From Chloracidobacterium sp. (lineage in GTDB: Bacteria > Acidobacteriota > Blastocatellia > Pyrinomonadales > Pyrinomonadaceae), in contig JADJXP010000001.1 in assembly GCA_016715795.1 (NCBI GenBank), positions 261,705 through 325,704 of the forward strand: 64,000 nucleotides of DNA, in the 5' to 3' direction. Shown piece by piece: positions 50,001-58,237 of this stretch. The notes under the pieces are model-generated. The model did not search any database. It saw only the letters and a program-made list of their open reading frames with translations, and was not told the origin of the DNA. The position numbers and the translations under genes are program-made. Numbering within the stretch: the first letter of the stretch is position 1; each line of letters begins with the position of its first letter.

Positions 50001-53000
50001 GTGGCAGCACGTTGCTGCGACCTACGACGGCTCGTTCATGAAGGTATATGTTGACGGCGTAGAGGTTGCGAGCCGCGCCCAAACCGGTACTGTTGACAAT
50101 TCGACCGAGCCGATCGTTTTGGGCCGGAATGTTGTGTTTCCCGTCAACGCATTTGACGGCAATATCGACGAGCTGCAGTTCTATAACCGCGGTTTGACGG
50201 CGGGCGAGGTTGCGGGGATCCACGCTTCGGGTACCAGTGGAGTATGCGGCAGCAACTGCCTGCCGGGCTCGGCGACGTACAACGATACTTTTACTAATGG
50301 CCTCGATCCGGCGTATTGGTCGGTCATCCAGACTACGCCGGGATTGTTCTCGGTCGATACTACGCAGGGCGACGTGCGGCTTGCCAAGACTGCGATGAAC
50401 AGCCCAGGCGGGCAGCAGAATGTAGCCGTGCAGTTGAATCTGGCGGCATTGGGCGGACAGATCAGCGGCGATTTTTCAACACAGGTCGATTTTCGTAATG
50501 CCGTGATCGGCCCCGCGATCGACCAGGTCGAACTGCACACGACATTTGCCAACAACTCATTTATGTTCGACGTGTATGACAATGCCTGCGCAAATCCGAA
50601 CGTCCACGTCTGGAACGGCTCATTGCAGGGCTGCACGCCGACGGCCGCTACGGGCGGGACATTCAAGATCTCGCGCGTCGGATCGACGCTCAGCGGCTAT
50701 TTCAACAACAACCTGATATTCTCGCAAAGCAGCTCATCACCGCTAACGCGGCTCGAATTCCTGCTCCAGCTTCAGCCCGGGTCGAACGACATGACCTCGG
50801 TAGCGTTCGATAATTTCTCGCTCACCGGCGGTTCGTGCGGATGCCCGATCACCTCGCCCGACAACAAGATCAGCTGGTGGCGCGGTGAGGGCAACCCCAG
50901 CGACAGCGTAGGTACGAACAACGGAACTCTTGTCGGCGGAACGACATATACCACTGGAAAAGTCGGGCAGGCATTCAACCTCAACGGAACGAATGCCGGT
51001 GTCACGATACCGCACAACACAGATCTCAACATCAACCCCGGTGGATTCTCAGCCGAGTTCTGGATGAAGTCGAACGGCCCACAGGGCGGACAAGCTCTGG
51101 TAATGGATAAATCTCACGGTTTTGTCGATTCCGCAGGCTGGGCGTTTCAATCGACGAGTGGAGCATCGGATCGCATAGCGTTCTTCATCGGCGCGGGCGG
51201 CGGCGGTGCAAGCAACTTTATCGGCGTTGGTTCGAATGTAAATCCCTTCGACGGCAATTTTCACCACGTCGCCGGAACGTGGGACGGCTCGGCTGTTCGA
51301 CTATACATTGACGGCATACTGCAGGGAACGACCCCGTTCGCGTCGCCCGTGAATAACACACGGGCCGTCAATATCGGATACGCGTGGGGAGGCGGTTCAA
51401 ACACCCGATGGTTCAACGGGATCGTTGACGAAGCCGCGATCTACGGCCGCGCGTTAACCCAAGCTGAAATATTTGCTGCGGCTGGCGTGTGCCCGACGGG
51501 ACAGTGTGCCGGTGGGTGGCCCCTTGGCGAATGGCAGCAGGGGACCAATGGCCATTACTACTCCGTTCAGGAGATCACGGGGGGCACCTATAGCTGGCTC
51601 GCCGCTCGCAGCCAGGCTCGGACTCTAACTGCCCCTAACGGTGCCCGCGTTGATCTGGCGGCTCTCACGACAGAGGCTGAAAATACCTTCGTATTCAATG
51701 GGATCAACTGCCCAACCTACTGGGCGATAGACACGGCGAACAATAATGAAGGCCCGAATACAGGCGGCTATCAGTATGACAAGCTCTCTGAACCGGGTGG
51801 ACATTGGGCCTGGGTAACCGGTGAGCCGTTCACCTACACAGCCTGGTCGCCCGGTGAGCCAAATAACTCTGGTGGAACCGAGGACATATCCTCCTTCTTC
51901 GCTCCGGGCAATAACCGGGCTGCTACCTGGAATGACATCGGCTTAGGGTCACCTTCGATCGTCCATTACTACATTGCTGAGTCCGTCGCACCGCAAACGT
52001 GCGCGACCCCGCCGCCGTCCATGGTCTCGTGGTGGCCCGGGAACGGGAACGCGAACGACGTTCAGGGTGGCCACACCGGCACGCTTCAAAACGGAGCGAC
52101 ATTTGCCGCGGGCTTTGTAAGTCAGGCTTTCTCTCTCGACGGGGCCGACGATCATGTGAGCGTGCCGGATGATCCTGCGTGGGCATTTGGGAGTAATGCC
52201 TTCACGATCGATGCGTGGGTGAAACTCGACGCGGTGAACGATTCGAATCCGATCCTCGCCAGCAACACAGGCAGCGGCCCACTGAACAAATGGATATTCG
52301 GCCTTACGAGCAACCGCCTGAACTTTCACATCAACAGTCCGTCGATCGGGGATCCGGGCATTAACGTTCAGTCATCTGAGTTGCTCATCGCTCCGAACAC
52401 TTGGTATCACGTTGCGGTAACGAGGTCCGGTGCGACGTATATCTTCTACGTCGACGGAGTGCCTATCTCATCCGCCACGCAAGGAGCAAACATTCCTGAT
52501 GCTGCGGCACCGCTTACGATCGGTTATAACGGCGAGACGACGGGTGGCGGTTCAGCCAGATACCTTGATGGCCTGATCGATGAGGTGGAGATCTTCAACC
52601 GAGCCATCTCTCCGCAGGAGCTAGCGTCGATCGTCATTGCCGGCCCCTCGGGCAAGTGCCTGCCCGCCGGCCCGACACCCACACCGACACCTTCAGCGAC
52701 ACCGACGCCAACACCGACGCCAACTCCTACGCCGATGCCGACGCCAACACCAACACCGACACCAACGCCTACTCCGACGCCGACTCCTACGCCGACTCCT
52801 ACGCCGACACCTTCACCGACGCCGACTCCAACGCCGACTCCTACGCCGACTCCTACGCCGACACCTTCACCGACGCCGGAGCATCGTGTGGCATTCGATT
52901 ACGACGGCGACGGGCGTGCGGACGTGTCGGTATTCAGGCCATCGGAGACGTTCTGGTATCTGGAGCAATCGGCGGCGGGATTCAAGGCAATGCAATGGGG

Positions 53001-53724
53001 ACTTGCTACCGACAAGATCGCCCCCGCCGATTATGACGGCGACGGTAAGACCGACGTTGCAGTTTATCGCCCCGATGAAGGTATCTGGTACGTGCTCCGC
53101 AGTTCTGACGGCACATTCCAGATCGTGAAGTTTGGCCTGCCCGACGACCTGCCGACTCCGGCTGACTTCAACGGCGACGGCGTCGCTGATATTGCGGTGT
53201 TCCGCGCGGCCGATGGGATCTGGTGGATCGAGTACAGCAGTTCTAACAACGATGGCCGCAGTGAGGGCGCGATCGAATTCGGACAACCCGGCGACGTGCC
53301 GGCCGTTGCAGATTACGACGGCGACGGAACAGCCGACATAGGGATATTCCGTCCGTCAGACGGCGTCTGGTACATGTTGCAGTCGACCGAAGGCCTGCTC
53401 GGCCTCAAATTCGGCCAGGATGGCGACCTGCCGACCCAAGGCGATTACAACGGGGACCGCCGTGCTGATGTAGCGGTCTATCGGCCATCAACGACGTATT
53501 GGTATATCGATGATCCGGTGATCGATTATTACTTCTTTAAGTGGGGCCTCCCGGGCGATATCCCCGTCCCCGCAGACTACGATGGCGACACGGTGAACGA
53601 TATATCTGTGTTCCGGCCCGATGGCGGCATCTGGTTCATCCGTAGCAGCATCGACGGCTCATTCACGATCACGCGGTTCGGTAAGGACGGCGATATTCCG
53701 ACGCCGAGTGCATTCATCCGATAA
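47062..53724 (+). CDS. Giant secreted multidomain protein (FG-GAP repeats, ~60-aa beta-propeller repeats, three LamG-like modules, C-type lectin-like domain, PT linker, FG-GAP/VCBS-like tail)
   Basis: - Signal peptide.
- N-terminal repeats (D)(F/L)N(G/L)DGxxDL.
- About 10 repeats of RYNxDGSLDTxFxGxGKV.
- Three modules beginning W(Y/W)xGEGNxxD...G(Q/K)(V/A)GQAFxF(D/N)G.
- C-type lectin-like segment with GEPNN and WND.
- (PT)n linker.
- About eight C-terminal repeats DYDGDGxxDxxVYRP...WY. Confidence 0.85.
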   Translation: MKGIVKATFKNSYGVAAIALFTVLSASALAASTNTMPSAMSLEAITSFLGLTAPDLSSEAPSACTTPSFGTATVYGPAPNAIGEVVADFNNDGNPDVAASLLNASSVALFLGNGSGELGSPTTFAVASQARSMVTGDFNQDGNADIATANNHPSNSVSVILGNGTGGFGAAANFTAVNPDSITVVDLNLDGKADLATFGSNTISILLGTGTGSFTVQSPFFLGGGIGGIASGDINLDGKPDLVTANQGSSVSLLLGNGMGGFGAPSHTSVGIPLTSVAIGDVNLDNKPDLVAGSIGNNLFVLIGNGVGGFTAGPNVQVGFAQTSVTLNDFNGDGKLDLAATGNLDDAIAVAFGNGNGSFGTSASFGTGRDNPLTVVAGDLNGDRRPDLAATNYTSGNISVLLNTCAAATPTPTPSPSCPPAGSLDTTFDGDGKVTTSFGNIDRGAGLALQGDSRIVTVGSTWNGTDYDFGLTRHNPDGSLDTSFDSDGRVVTQFSGGADHGDAVAIQSDGRIVVVGIASSPGFHFGIARYNTDGSLDTSFNGSGKVITVIGSTDIASSVAIQADGKIVVGGGCTDTNYDFCVVRYNTDGSLDTTFNGTGIVRTPIGPAGELIQSIAVQSDGKIVAAGYVPRTLAAGGPIDFGVVRYNTNGTLDTTFGGTGKVVTPIGFSAEAYGLGIQSDGKIVVGGSSSSGLGIGSDFALARYHTDGSLDTTLNGTGTVVTPIGPGSERDIAYDLAIQPDGKIVLVGDVSDIVSASDFAVARYLPNGSLDTSFNGTGKVITPIQTVNDIAYGVAIQSDGRIVVSGMTSTGLDDDFALVRYNGSSSCASPTPTQTPTPTPSPSPTCQPAPSGMFAWYKGEGNANDSAGASHGTLQNGTAFTAGQVGQAFSFDGVDDQVVVPHAANQNAGSNISIAAWIKQDTLGHGRSIAQKRTSGNVGGYVFETVHSPFGADGSLQWVIMIGGVYQHLQTPANVLQTGVWQHVAATYDGSFMKVYVDGVEVASRAQTGTVDNSTEPIVLGRNVVFPVNAFDGNIDELQFYNRGLTAGEVAGIHASGTSGVCGSNCLPGSATYNDTFTNGLDPAYWSVIQTTPGLFSVDTTQGDVRLAKTAMNSPGGQQNVAVQLNLAALGGQISGDFSTQVDFRNAVIGPAIDQVELHTTFANNSFMFDVYDNACANPNVHVWNGSLQGCTPTAATGGTFKISRVGSTLSGYFNNNLIFSQSSSSPLTRLEFLLQLQPGSNDMTSVAFDNFSLTGGSCGCPITSPDNKISWWRGEGNPSDSVGTNNGTLVGGTTYTTGKVGQAFNLNGTNAGVTIPHNTDLNINPGGFSAEFWMKSNGPQGGQALVMDKSHGFVDSAGWAFQSTSGASDRIAFFIGAGGGGASNFIGVGSNVNPFDGNFHHVAGTWDGSAVRLYIDGILQGTTPFASPVNNTRAVNIGYAWGGGSNTRWFNGIVDEAAIYGRALTQAEIFAAAGVCPTGQCAGGWPLGEWQQGTNGHYYSVQEITGGTYSWLAARSQARTLTAPNGARVDLAALTTEAENTFVFNGINCPTYWAIDTANNNEGPNTGGYQYDKLSEPGGHWAWVTGEPFTYTAWSPGEPNNSGGTEDISSFFAPGNNRAATWNDIGLGSPSIVHYYIAESVAPQTCATPPPSMVSWWPGNGNANDVQGGHTGTLQNGATFAAGFVSQAFSLDGADDHVSVPDDPAWAFGSNAFTIDAWVKLDAVNDSNPILASNTGSGPLNKWIFGLTSNRLNFHINSPSIGDPGINVQSSELLIAPNTWYHVAVTRSGATYIFYVDGVPISSATQGANIPDAAAPLTIGYNGETTGGGSARYLDGLIDEVEIFNRAISPQELASIVIAGPSGKCLPAGPTPTPTPSATPTPTPTPTPTPMPTPTPTPTPTPTPTPTPTPTPTPTPSPTPTPTPTPTPTPTPTPSPTPEHRVAFDYDGDGRADVSVFRPSETFWYLEQSAAGFKAMQWGLATDKIAPADYDGDGKTDVAVYRPDEGIWYVLRSSDGTFQIVKFGLPDDLPTPADFNGDGVADIAVFRAADGIWWIEYSSSNNDGRSEGAIEFGQPGDVPAVADYDGDGTADIGIFRPSDGVWYMLQSTEGLLGLKFGQDGDLPTQGDYNGDRRADVAVYRPSTTYWYIDDPVIDYYFFKWGLPGDIPVPADYDGDTVNDISVFRPDGGIWFIRSSIDGSFTITRFGKDGDIPTPSAFIR
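52675..52880. repeat. Pro-Thr linker-encoding tandem repeat with a ~48-bp internal duplication
   Basis: (ACN CCN)n run. actcctacgccgactcctacgccgacaccttcaccgacgccg occurs twice in tandem (about 52786-52830 and 52834-52878). Confidence 0.8.
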
Positions 53725-53727
53725 GCA

Positions 53728-53762
53728 GAAACGGCGGCCCTAAAACGACCGCCGTTCTTTGC
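53728..53762 (+). terminator. Rho-independent terminator
   Basis: AACGGCGG (53730-53737) pairs with CCGCCGTT (53749-53756), followed by CTTT. It lies just after the stop at 53724. Confidence 0.55.
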
Positions 53763-53789
53763 TCTTTAATAACCTTAGGGTTATTCGCT

Positions 53790-54515
53790 CTAGTCGGGAA
53801 TGATCTGCACGTTCGCGGTGAAGTGCCCTGAGTTGTCTTCAAGGTTCCCTTCGTTTATTCCGAGAAAAAGAGCCCCGTCGCGGGTTGCGACAAACTCACG
53901 CTCGGCTCCGATGTAGATAAAATCGTTATTGTCGTCCCCGATCACGGCTACAAGAGCGCCGGTCGCAACATTCTTGAGCAGCTTTTGCTCGTCGGCTATC
54001 GAAGGCACACCCGCGGGCGGCGACGACTTGCCTTTGCCCAGCGACACCTTGCCATCACCGCTGATGCGGATCCGCTGGCCCTTCTTTACGACCCAGCCTG
54101 TGTTAGTCCAGCCATTCGCCGTATTATCGGCCAACACTTTGACGCGCCATTCGATAGGCTTCATCTTTTCGACGGAGGATGACGACGTTCTGACAGGCGG
54201 ATTTAACACAACCTTTGCGGGCGGCTCGGAATCCTGCCGGTACGAGGCGTTCTGGTTGACGGTCGAGCCGGACGTTGACCCGGATTGTGTGTCAAATTGG
54301 ATCGATTCGATCTCGCTCGCCAGGAACGTCAACTCTCGCCGACGCGAGCCCTCGCCCATCACGACGATGAACTTGCCGCCGCCGAAACTGACGATACTTC
54401 CTTTAATGATGCTGCCGTCCTTAAGTCTGATCGTGTCCGCAAACGCAAACGCCGACATGGCAAGAACGACCACCGAAACAGCGAGAAAGCGGGCTGCCAT
54501 TCTGAAAAACAACAT
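53790..54515 (-). CDS. Secreted protein with C-terminal PA-IL (LecA)-like lectin fold
   Basis: Signal peptide (start taken at MLFFRMAARFLAVSVVVLAMSAFAFA). The C-terminal pattern W.VKVLA...G.RI.ISG.G....P.G.......GALVAVIG......IG....F.A..G.LFLGINE....DNSGHFTANVQI parallels PA-IL-like proteins. Confidence 0.5.
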   Translation of the reverse strand: MLFFRMAARFLAVSVVVLAMSAFAFADTIRLKDGSIIKGSIVSFGGGKFIVVMGEGSRRRELTFLASEIESIQFDTQSGSTSGSTVNQNASYRQDSEPPAKVVLNPPVRTSSSSVEKMKPIEWRVKVLADNTANGWTNTGWVVKKGQRIRISGDGKVSLGKGKSSPPAGVPSIADEQKLLKNVATGALVAVIGDDNNDFIYIGAEREFVATRDGALFLGINEGNLEDNSGHFTANVQIIPD

Positions 54516-54679
54516 ATTTCCTCCGTACGGGCACCGGCGATAGCCGTCCATGCCGACAGACCTTCATCAGGCACAAACTACGGCCTGAGGATTGATGTTA
54601 CCGATATTGGTTGAGTTGCAAAATTTGCTGTGAAGGGCAAATTCAATTGCGATGATACACAATAGGCTGTTCGATGTAA

Positions 54680-54697
54680 ATCAGTTTATTTGCAGCC
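54680..54697. repeat. Left copy of 18-bp direct repeat flanking the IS (candidate target-site duplication)
   Basis: atcagtttatttgcagcc, identical to 56071-56088. Confidence 0.75.
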
Positions 54698-56070
54698 TGT
54701 AGTTAGCACATCATATGTCCGGATGTAGTAGCAGGTGATATGTCCGCTTTCGGCGGCGAGGGGTGAGGAGAGAATAGCTTCTTGGAAAGAGAAGCTATGA
54801 CAGAACACGCTGGAGCCGCCTTGGAGAAGGCGATGACAAGACAGGAGATCATATTGAGGGCATACGCGAAGAAGGTCAGTTGGATAGAGGCGGCAGAGAT
54901 ACTTGGGATGAGCTGCCGGAACCTGAGACGGCTCAGAAACGGTTATGAGAAGCACGGATATGGAGCATTGTTCGACAAGCGAGTGGGCAAGGCATCTCCG
55001 AAGCGGATAAGCGTGGAGATAGTTGAGCAGGTATTGGGCTGTATCGGGAGAAGTACTTTGACCTTAACGTGAGGCATTACCACGAGAAGCTGCGAGAAGA
55101 GCACTCGATAGAGGTGAGCTATACATGGGTAAAAGGGCTGCTGCAGGGGGCCGGCCTTGTGGCCAAGGAGAAAGCCCGCCGCAAGCACCGGCGAAAGCGG
55201 GAGAGAAAGCCGTTAAAGGGGATGATGCTGCACATAGACGGCAGCAAGCACCAGTGGTTCGGCGACGAGAGGTGGCATGACCTGATAGTGATACTCGACG
55301 ATGCGACAAGCGAGATCTATCACGCCTCTCTGGTCGAAGCCGAATCGACGGCCAGCGTTATGAGGGCAATAAGGCAAGTGGTTGAAAGAGAAGGTGTTTT
55401 CTGCAGTTTGTATTCTGACCGGGCGAGCCATTTCTGGACGACGCCAAAGGCCGGCGAGCCGGTTGACCGCCAGGCATTGACGCAGGTGGGACGCTCACTT
55501 CGGAACCTCGGCATAAGGCTTATCCCGGCCTACAGCCCACAGGCACGCGGCCGCAGCGAACGCAGCTTCCGCACCTGGCAGGGACGGCTCCCGCAGGAGA
55601 TCAGGCTCAGAGGCATATCGACCCTCGAAGAGGCCAATCGATTCTTAAAGCGATATATCAGGGAGTTCAACCGCAAGTTTACCGTCGATGCGGCTGAATC
55701 GGAGGCGAGTGCTTTTGTCCCCTGCACCCGCACCGACCTCGATCGCGTCTTCTCGGTCCAGACCGAACGCACCGTCAACCGCGACAATACCATCAGATAC
55801 AACAATCTTACCCTCCAGATCGACCGCCAGAGCTGGCGACGCTCGATGGACGGCTGCCGCGTCACCGTCTATCAGCACCTCGACCGCACAATCTCCATCG
55901 GCTTCGGCCCCCAGGAGATCGGCAGTTATAACCCGGACGGCAGGCCCCTTAAGCCTTCCGTCACCAAACGACGTGGTTTGGGACCGGAGCGGCTCGCCGC
56001 TCCGCTCCCAAACCTCCAAACCGGACATTTGATGTGCTAACAAAACCGGACATCTTCATTTGCTATTAAC
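54698..56070 (+). mobile_element. Insertion sequence (~1.37 kb) encoding an HTH + rve/DDE transposase (ISNCY-like by recollection)
   Basis: Bounded by the identical 18-bp direct repeats. The imperfect terminal/subterminal inverted repeats share GTTA..GCA..AT..ATGTCCGG: left GTTAGCACATCATATGTCCGG, right reverse complement GTTAATAGCAAATGAAGATGTCCGG, with a further copy, CCGGACATTTGATGTGCTAAC, at 56020-56040. Confidence 0.75.
54782..56040 (+). pseudogene. IS transposase split by a frameshift in a G-run
   Basis: The ORFs 54782..55072 (HTH part) and 55069..56040 (DDE part: LHIDGS, LYSDRASHF, PQARGRSER) are in different frames. Reading ...EQVLG then LYREKYFDLNVRHYHEKL needs one extra G at GGG 55036-55038. 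Confidence 0.7.
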
Positions 56071-56088
56071 ATCAGTTTATTTGCAGCC
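56071..56088. repeat. Right copy of 18-bp direct repeat flanking the IS
   Basis: atcagtttatttgcagcc, identical to 54680-54697. It lies 3 nt from the stop of the permease gene. Confidence 0.75.
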
Positions 56089-56091
56089 GGA

Positions 56092-57150
56092 TCACGAGCT
56101 TGGCAGGCCTTTGGTGCGATGCCAGCCGATCAACCTGACACCTAGAACAAACAGGAATATAGCGAATGCGGGCGAGAGAGTAAGCAATGGCGACCCGGCA
56201 AGCTGCGTAAGGTCGCCTGCCGCCACGAGCATGTTGCCAAGGCTCGGCTCAGGCTCTTGCAGGCCGACACCCAGGAAAGACAGAGCAACCTCGGCAAGCA
56301 GAAACGCCGGCAGGATCAATGTTGCCTGTATCACGAGCGGCATAGCGATATTTGGCAGGATGTGCCGGCGCAAAATTGCCGCCTCGCTTGCCCCGATCGA
56401 TCTGGCCGCCGTAACATACTCCCGTTCCTTTACCGCAAGAACGAGTCCCCTTGTAAGTCGTGCGACCTCGGCCCAGCCTGTCAGCGCAAAAATGCCGACC
56501 AGCAATAAACCGGCGGTGAACGGTGGTAATTCGAGCGGAAAGGCCGCCCTCACGGCCAGGATCATGATCAGCGTAGGCAGTGATATCATCGTGTCCGTAA
56601 CCGCCATCAAGAGGGCATCGATGCGCCGGCCGGCATAACCCGACATGCAGCCGACGAGAATACCGATCATACATGCCAGCAGCATCCCCAAGGGACTAAC
56701 GATGAGGGAGAATCGGACGGCGTATAGAAGGCGTGAGAACCGGTCGCGGCCAAGTTGGTCGGTGCCTAGGAGCCGGATCTTTGGCCCGTCTGCACCTGTT
56801 CCAAAAAGGTGGATGTTCGAATCCGCCAGGCCAAACAGTGAGTAGCTGCTGCCGCGTGTAAAAAACTCGATCGGGAAAGGATGTTGATCATCCTCCTTGT
56901 ACTCCATGTCGCGCGTGTCGACCAGACGGCGCGCATAAATAAATGGCCTAATATGGAACGAACTCGTCCTGTCAAAAAAGCGCACTGCGGTCGGTGGTGC
57001 TGATGGTTCAAGCCTGGCCTGTTCGCGATGGTCGTACGGCGACAGGAACCCTGCTAAAACTGCCACAATGCCAAAGGCAAACAGGAGCGCCATGCCGGCC
57101 GTCATCGCCTTGCTCATATTTGGTCGATACGGTCCGGCGGCAGTCCTCAT
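56092..57150 (-). CDS. ABC transporter permease, DppC/OppC-like
   Basis: Six-TM BPD_transp_1-type permease (GTDQLGRDRFSRLLYA... motif region). Confidence 0.85.
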   Translation of the reverse strand: MRTAAGPYRPNMSKAMTAGMALLFAFGIVAVLAGFLSPYDHREQARLEPSAPPTAVRFFDRTSSFHIRPFIYARRLVDTRDMEYKEDDQHPFPIEFFTRGSSYSLFGLADSNIHLFGTGADGPKIRLLGTDQLGRDRFSRLLYAVRFSLIVSPLGMLLACMIGILVGCMSGYAGRRIDALLMAVTDTMISLPTLIMILAVRAAFPLELPPFTAGLLLVGIFALTGWAEVARLTRGLVLAVKEREYVTAARSIGASEAAILRRHILPNIAMPLVIQATLILPAFLLAEVALSFLGVGLQEPEPSLGNMLVAAGDLTQLAGSPLLTLSPAFAIFLFVLGVRLIGWHRTKGLPSS

Positions 57151-58106
57151 TTGGTTCGATGCGGCTGAATACGTGGATCATTGACGACCTGCAACACCTC
57201 TGCGAGAGTATTGCCAACCCAGACTGCGGCGCTGGCAACTACCACGATCCCCATTACAAGCGGAACATCCCGGCCGCGCACCGCTGACACCATAAGTGCA
57301 CCGATGCCCGGCCAGCTTAGGACCGTCTCGACAATGACGGATCCGCCAAGCAAAGCGCCGAATGCAAGACCAAAGAGTGTCAGGAATGGATTGAGCGCGA
57401 CGCGCATGGCATGCTTTGCGATGACGGTCCATTCGCTCAGCCCCTTAGCACGTGCAAGACGGACAAAATCCTCGTTCATCGCTTCTTTCAGACCGTCATG
57501 GGCCTGTGCGAGAAACAAAGATATCAGTGGTATCGCCAGCACTATCGCGCCTGAAAAGAGCAAAAAAGGGCTGGTCTCGCCCGCCACCGGTGCAGCGATC
57601 GACAGCCGGAGTGATATTACGAGCACGATGAATGAGAGCACGACCCGCGGCGTTGACGCCGCAACGAGGATCATGATATCGATCGCTCCTTCCAGCAGAC
57701 GACTGCGATAGCGAGCGGATATGAGGGCCAGGCCAAGAGAAACCACAACGCTGATCGCCAAGCCTAATAGGCCGATCATCAGCGTGTTCTTTAGTCTGGC
57801 CCAGACAAGTGCGCTTACAGGCAGTTTGAACATGAACGACTCGCCCAGATCGCCCTGCGCGGCCGACCCCAGCCACGAACCGTAGCGGACAATGAATGGG
57901 CGATCAAGCCCGTAAACTTGGCGCAGTTTGTCGATGGTCTGCTCCGATATCTGAGGATTCTCTCGAAGGCCGGAGAGAGCATCTCCGCCGGCCGCCGACA
58001 AAAGAGCAAACGTAATGATCGACACGCCAATGATCATGAACAGGCCGTGAAGCAGTTTCTTGATGAAAAATCGAAGCATCGGTCGCGGACGCGAACTCTC
58101 GAACAT
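57147..58106 (-). CDS. ABC transporter permease, DppB/OppB-like
   Basis: The N-terminus MLRFFIKKLLHGLFMIIGVSIITFAL and overall layout are typical of DppB/OppB. The stop overlaps the start of the downstream permease. Confidence 0.85.
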   Translation of the reverse strand: MFESSRPRPMLRFFIKKLLHGLFMIIGVSIITFALLSAAGGDALSGLRENPQISEQTIDKLRQVYGLDRPFIVRYGSWLGSAAQGDLGESFMFKLPVSALVWARLKNTLMIGLLGLAISVVVSLGLALISARYRSRLLEGAIDIMILVAASTPRVVLSFIVLVISLRLSIAAPVAGETSPFLLFSGAIVLAIPLISLFLAQAHDGLKEAMNEDFVRLARAKGLSEWTVIAKHAMRVALNPFLTLFGLAFGALLGGSVIVETVLSWPGIGALMVSAVRGRDVPLVMGIVVVASAAVWVGNTLAEVLQVVNDPRIQPHRTK

Positions 58107-58171
58107 TTTTTACCATCGCTCGCGGAATTGCAAAAACACAGGCTCAAAACCCGGCATCCATTCAAACGATC

Positions 58172-58204
58172 AAAAAAAAGGGGGCGAGGTGGTGAGCCTC
58201 GCCC
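58172..58204 (-). terminator. Rho-independent terminator of the giant protease gene
   Basis: On the minus strand: GGGCGAGG-ctcacca-CCTCGCCC followed by a T8 run (the A8 at 58172-58179 on the plus strand). Confidence 0.75.
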
Positions 58205-58237
58205 TCTTCAGTCATGTCCGCTTGTTGCGGAGCGTGT

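Noticed and set aside
51520-51990. Diversity-generating retroelement target (C-type lectin fold variable region)
   Set aside because: No reverse transcriptase gene lies in the window, no template-repeat copy of this segment is present, and the domain is internal rather than C-terminal.
52675-52880. Possible CRISPR array or other spacer-repeat structure among the many repeats
   Set aside because: The regular repeats are PT-linker codons inside ORFs or tandem word tracts without unique spacers. No repeat-spacer periodicity of 28-37 nt and no cas genes were seen anywhere in the window.
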